Shown: piece by piece, positions 42,223 to 45,882 of the stretch | Layout: each line of letters opens with the position of its first letter | How positions within the stretch are numbered: the first letter of the stretch is position 1 | Position numbers and translations under genes: made by a program | Assembly: GCA_013153395.1 (NCBI GenBank) | Contig: JAADEL010000030.1 | Coordinates: 1-45,882 of the forward strand | DNA: 45,882 nucleotides | DNA from: Candidatus Micrarchaeota archaeon | Lineage (GTDB): Archaea > Micrarchaeota > Micrarchaeia > Anstonellales > J096 | Reading direction: 5' to 3' | Notes under the pieces: generated by a model | The model's database searches: none | What the model was told of the DNA's origin: nothing | Seen by the model: the letters and a program-made list of their open reading frames with translations, nothing else

Positions 42223-43860
42223 ATGGACACTAAACGCGATACTAAACTGGATGCTCAACAATATTACGAGATGGGTACAGAGTACCTTAAACGCAAAGAA
42301 TATGATAAAGCTATTGAGAAGTTCTCCACTGCTATCATCCTTAACAGGGTGATGTCCGAGGCTTATTTCGGAAGGGCCCTTGCCCATTATCACCTTAAAG
42401 AATATGATGAGGCCCTTAAGGACTATACCAAGGCCCTAGAGCTTGACCCAAAAAACCCTGTCATATACAACAACCGAGGAGATGTTTATTACAAGAAAGG
42501 AGACCTAAAGGCCGCTATCAAGGATTATGATAAAGCCATCCTCTACAATCCCAATTATATGAAGGCCTACTATAACCGAGGGCTTTGTTATGCCTCGTTG
42601 GAGCAATATGACAAGGCAATCGAGGACTTTACCACCACCATCCAGCTCCAGCCTGATTTTGCGGAGGCCTATTATCTTCGAGGTCTTGCCTATGAGTATT
42701 CCAACATGTTTGATGAGGCCATCAAGGACTTCGAGAAGGCCCTGGAGTTGGACCCGATGTTCGAGGAGGCCCGCCAGCACCTAGAGGCAGTAAAGGCCAA
42801 AAAGGCAGGAGGAGGAGATAGCTCCTCGGGTCAAGGAAGCGGAGATGTCAGGGTAATCAAGGACACTGGATTAACCTTCAAGGATTTGGCGGGTATGGAG
42901 AAGCTTAAGGAGGAGCTCCGCCAAGCCATCATTTACCCTATGGAGAACCCAGACCTTGCCCGTGAATATGGTGTGCTAGGAGGTGGAGGTATCTTGATGT
43001 ATGGACCTCCGGGTTGTGGAAAGACATATTTTGTGAAGGCGGCAGCTGGAGAGGCTAAGGTGGCCTTTATCAATGTGAAGCTCTCTGATATCTTGGATAT
43101 GTATGTGGGTAATACGGAAAAAAACCTTCACAAGGTGTTCGAGACTGCAAGAAAGCATGCTCCTGCCATCTTGTTCTTCGATGAGGTAGATGCTATCGGA
43201 GGACGCCGAGATGCCGGAGGTGGAGAGGCAGGACAGGCGTTGAGGTCGGCTATCAACCAGTTCCTTATTGAGATGGACGGTATAGAGGCCAATAACGAGA
43301 ATGTGTTAGTAATTGCAGCAACCAACGCTCCCTGGGATGTGGACCCTGCGTTAAGAAGGTCAGGAAGGTTCTCCCGCAACATCTTTGTTCCGCCACCTGA
43401 CTTTAAATCCCGTTTGGAGATCCTGAAGATCCATTCCAGGAAAAAGCCTCTGGCCAAGCATATTGCCTGGAACAGGTTGGCTATGCTTACAGTGGGATAT
43501 TCCTCGGCTGATATCAAGGCATTGGTGGATAAGGCAGCTACCTACCCTTGGATAGAGGCAAAGAAAACAGGTAAAAAGAGAAAGATAACCACCGCTGACT
43601 TTATCAGAGCCTCTAACGAGATCAAGAGCTCCTTAGGACCTTGGTATGCCCAGGCAAAGAAGAAGCTGGGTAAGAAAAAGGAGGTCATGTATATTGATGG
43701 AAAGAAGCATGAGAAGGAAATCGAGTCTGACATGGACCCAGAGGAAAAGGAGCAGTTCAAGCAACTAATTGATATTATTGAAAAGAATAATAAGTGGTAT
43801 GTGAAAGCGGGTATTGCAGGGATGAGATTGCTGGCCAAGTACGCACCTATTCCTTTTTAA
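42223..43860 (+). CDS. Fusion of five TPR repeats, a Gly/Ser linker and a classical AAA+ ATPase domain of the Vps4/katanin-like type, with a ~90-aa C-terminal extension
   Basis: 34-aa TPR periodicity (A..Y..G..Y....Y..A...Y..A...P) occurs five times. Walker A GPPGCGKT, Walker B ILFFDEVD, and SRH ATNAPWDVDPALRRSGRF. Confidence 0.85.
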   Translation: MDTKRDTKLDAQQYYEMGTEYLKRKEYDKAIEKFSTAIILNRVMSEAYFGRALAHYHLKEYDEALKDYTKALELDPKNPVIYNNRGDVYYKKGDLKAAIKDYDKAILYNPNYMKAYYNRGLCYASLEQYDKAIEDFTTTIQLQPDFAEAYYLRGLAYEYSNMFDEAIKDFEKALELDPMFEEARQHLEAVKAKKAGGGDSSSGQGSGDVRVIKDTGLTFKDLAGMEKLKEELRQAIIYPMENPDLAREYGVLGGGGILMYGPPGCGKTYFVKAAAGEAKVAFINVKLSDILDMYVGNTEKNLHKVFETARKHAPAILFFDEVDAIGGRRDAGGGEAGQALRSAINQFLIEMDGIEANNENVLVIAATNAPWDVDPALRRSGRFSRNIFVPPPDFKSRLEILKIHSRKKPLAKHIAWNRLAMLTVGYSSADIKALVDKAATYPWIEAKKTGKKRKITTADFIRASNEIKSSLGPWYAQAKKKLGKKKEVMYIDGKKHEKEIESDMDPEEKEQFKQLIDIIEKNNKWYVKAGIAGMRLLAKYAPIPF

Positions 43861-45882
43861 TCTTCTCTCGGATGGACTGGAGCTTCTTAGGAGGCTCCTG
43901 TTTATTCTTCTTGTAATAGAAGTAATAGAGGCCCACTGCCCCCAGAATAATTATTCCTCCTAGCCAAATAGGGAATCCTTCGCCCTTTTCTTGGGTTTGG
44001 ACAGTAGGTTCAGGGAGCTTTACCTTCTTGGCAAGCTGGTAGGCTTTCTTGAGTTGACCTTCTTCAAGGGCGGTTTTTGCCTCTGTGATATCTCCTCCGA
44101 GGCTTTCTAGCTCTTGGAGCTGAAGGGAGATCTTAGTGCGGGCTCTCTCGTATTGGGCCTTCATCTCCGCTTCTAAGCGGGTGAGCTCCTCTTTGGCCTT
44201 GGTTTGGTTGAATAGCCAGATTTCTGCTATCTCCTCTAATCGTGCCTTCACTTCCTTAGGAGAAAGGTTCATATACTCAGGGAAATAGACCTCCTCATAC
44301 CACTTCACAAAAGAGATGTTATAGGTGAAAGGATTGGCTTGGAGCTTCTCCAACTGAGAGAGGGCATAGAGGTCTCCTTTACTGGCATTGGTGTAAAGGG
44401 AGTTAAGATAGGTAAGGGCTTTGATGGTCTTATAGTTGCGTTTGAGTGTGGAAAGGATAGGGGTGGCTGCTGATTTGGCCTCTTTAGCCAGATAATTATC
44501 CGGATACTTGTACTTGAGAGGGTTTTCTAGATAGTATTGGAGGTATTCGCGATAGCGCTCTTTTATGGTCTGGGCAAGAGGAGTATCTACCATTATACTC
44601 TCCAACTCGGCAAGCTTTTGCTCTATGATGGATTTCCTTTCCTCTATCTCTTTTTCTTCGGCCAATCTCTCCGAGATTTTCTCTTGGAGCTTCAAGAGCT
44701 CAGGAAGGGTGCTTACATTCTCCAACCGTTCCTTTTCTTCTTCCGTGAGGTTGAGAGTGAGAAGCTCTGCTTTAAGGCGGGCAAAGGTGGTGTTGTTGGA
44801 AGGATGGGCAAGCATGATAGGCTCTCCTTCTCGAACAAGAGCTGGGAACTCCTTCAATGGTGTCCAGTTAAAGTAATGGAATTCCTCGATATAGAGGGTG
44901 TCCTCAGGCCATATTATCTTGCTAATCACATGGGTTTCATTCTCCTGGAAGTCCTGAAGGGAGAGGTTGATAGGCTGGGTGGTTGTGAGATTGAGGGTGA
45001 TTATCTCTCCGGCCTCATATGGTCCTTTATAAAGTTTGTTATCCCAAACAATGCTCTCTACCGGATAGTTAAATGCCAGGGTGGCCTCTTCTATAGTGAT
45101 CAAGGTATGGTTGTAGAGTTTGCTAGAGGAAGAGGTAAATTCTAGCAATACTGGAACAAGGGTTATCTCCCCGGTCTCCAACTTACATTCTCTAGGTAGA
45201 AGAGAAGGATAGGTAAAGTATTCGCCGAAGGCCTCCACATAATCGTTCTTTACCTTTACTTTCACATTCTCCAAAGTTATGTTGTAAGGGTTACATATGC
45301 GGGCTGTGACAGTGAGAGAAACCTCCTCGTTAGGGACTACTTCTTCTAAAACAGGGGCATCATAATCCACGATAGGTGAAAGCCTCTGAGCTAACTCCTT
45401 TATCAAAGCCCTATATTGGGATTCGATGTACTTGAGGTTACCGAGATCCTCTTTGAAGTCCAGATCTCCTCCATCTATCTCCTCTAATCGGGTATTCACA
45501 TAGGTGGTAAGGCCTGATGCGGTTGCTACTTCCAGGATAGTCCTCCTAAGCTCCGGAAGATAGTAGTATTTGTTGGAGGCCTTTTCTATAATGGAGGAGG
45601 CGAGCTGGGCAATCTTGAGCTCATACTCAGGGTCGAAGATAGAGAGAGCTCGGAAGATAGCTTCTTCTACACTCACATCGATATCGTCTCTTTTGGCCTT
45701 TTCTATGAGCTCGGAAAGTCCTAGTTCCTGTTCTAAAAGGTCCTCATAGAGAGCAAGGTCAAAGGAAGAAAGATAGAGATAGGTGGCTCCCAGCGTTTCT
45801 CTATCTCGATTGATATCGGCAAGAAGCTCTTGCTTAATAGAGGAGGTGGTGGAAAGCTTGTTAATGTATTCAGTGAGGTTAA
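43847..45882 (-). CDS. Large surface protein, partial (the N-terminus lies beyond the window). It is rich in N-x-S/T sequons and has a coiled-coil stalk and a C-terminal TM anchor with a basic tail.
   Basis: The reading frame stays open from the GTG at 45676 to the window edge (checked codon by codon). The C-terminus reads FPIWLGGIIILGAVGLYYFYYKKNK. Confidence 0.75.
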   Translation of the reverse strand, partial: NLTEYINKLSTTSSIKQELLADINRDRETLGATYLYLSSFDLALYEDLLEQELGLSELIEKAKRDDIDVSVEEAIFRALSIFDPEYELKIAQLASSIIEKASNKYYYLPELRRTILEVATASGLTTYVNTRLEEIDGGDLDFKEDLGNLKYIESQYRALIKELAQRLSPIVDYDAPVLEEVVPNEEVSLTVTARICNPYNITLENVKVKVKNDYVEAFGEYFTYPSLLPRECKLETGEITLVPVLLEFTSSSSKLYNHTLITIEEATLAFNYPVESIVWDNKLYKGPYEAGEIITLNLTTTQPINLSLQDFQENETHVISKIIWPEDTLYIEEFHYFNWTPLKEFPALVREGEPIMLAHPSNNTTFARLKAELLTLNLTEEEKERLENVSTLPELLKLQEKISERLAEEKEIEERKSIIEQKLAELESIMVDTPLAQTIKERYREYLQYYLENPLKYKYPDNYLAKEAKSAATPILSTLKRNYKTIKALTYLNSLYTNASKGDLYALSQLEKLQANPFTYNISFVKWYEEVYFPEYMNLSPKEVKARLEEIAEIWLFNQTKAKEELTRLEAEMKAQYERARTKISLQLQELESLGGDITEAKTALEEGQLKKAYQLAKKVKLPEPTVQTQEKGEGFPIWLGGIIILGAVGLYYFYYKKNKQEPPKKLQSIREKIKKE

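Noticed and set aside
43900-43990. The C-terminus of the large surface protein as a PGF-CTERM/archaeosortase sorting signal
   Set aside because: The sequence reads GEGFPIW plus a TM, but it is followed by a ~20-aa Lys-rich tail rather than the short basic end typical of PGF-CTERM. The motif match is too loose.
1-45882. Alternative genetic code, selenocysteine or pyrrolysine recoding, inteins, frameshifted pseudogenes, rRNA genes, CRISPR-Cas, transposases and toxin-antitoxin pairs
   Set aside because: All recognisable genes read through cleanly with the standard code at family-typical or shorter lengths. atpA and the other usual intein hosts are uninterrupted. I saw no such elements on either strand.

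Overview
This is a compact archaeal chromosomal segment in which neighbouring genes commonly abut or overlap by 1-40 nt. Read left to right, it contains: (i) a ~350-nt ORF-free region with three tandem hairpin repeats next to tRNA-Ala; (ii) on the minus strand, an spc-type ribosomal operon (uS17, uL14, uL24, eS4, uL5, uS14, uS8, uL6, eL32, eL19, uL18, uS5, uL30, uL15) followed by secY, archaeal adkA and a DUF106/YidC-like insertase; (iii) a tRNA-flanked patch of orphan genes around a compact glutamate dehydrogenase, including two paralogous small glycine-zipper membrane proteins; (iv) a dnaG-rnz-PHP-HhH glycosylase operon, a CBS protein and pheT; (v) a mixed block (YqaA/DedA-like, Lrp/AsnC, a 4-TM CxxC protein, prefoldin beta, PRC barrel, PGI/PMI, an exported protein); (vi) a complete A1A0 ATP synthase operon (atpHIKECFABD) that runs without a gap into a processive GT2 synthase, a membrane-anchored thioredoxin-like protein and Taw3; (vii) tRNA-Gly, an anchored SNase-like nuclease and tRNA-Val; (viii) a uS15-eS1-NAC-eL15-tRNA-Leu-DUF92 unit; (ix) a PAC2 chaperone, a pilin-like protein, a thiolase-sufB-sufD operon and aspS; (x) a TPR-AAA+ fusion and a large C-terminally anchored surface protein that runs off the right edge. 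There are six tRNAs, two with introns. I found no rRNA, CRISPR array, transposase, integrase, reverse transcriptase or recognisable defence gene, so I cannot name a novel system with confidence. The most unusual points readable from the sequence are these. Eight divergent gene pairs share a fixed 51-57 bp spacer with one central symmetric TATA-like box, which suggests shared bidirectional leaderless promoters. tRNA-Leu shares single nucleotides with the eL15 stop codon and the DUF92 start codon. The small membrane protein paralogs sit beside tRNAs and orphan genes. The TPR-Vps4-like ATPase lies next to the surface protein. The ATP synthase operon carries a polysaccharide synthase and an extracytoplasmic thiol-oxidoreductase. 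All functional calls rest on reading motifs in the supplied translations, with no database searches.
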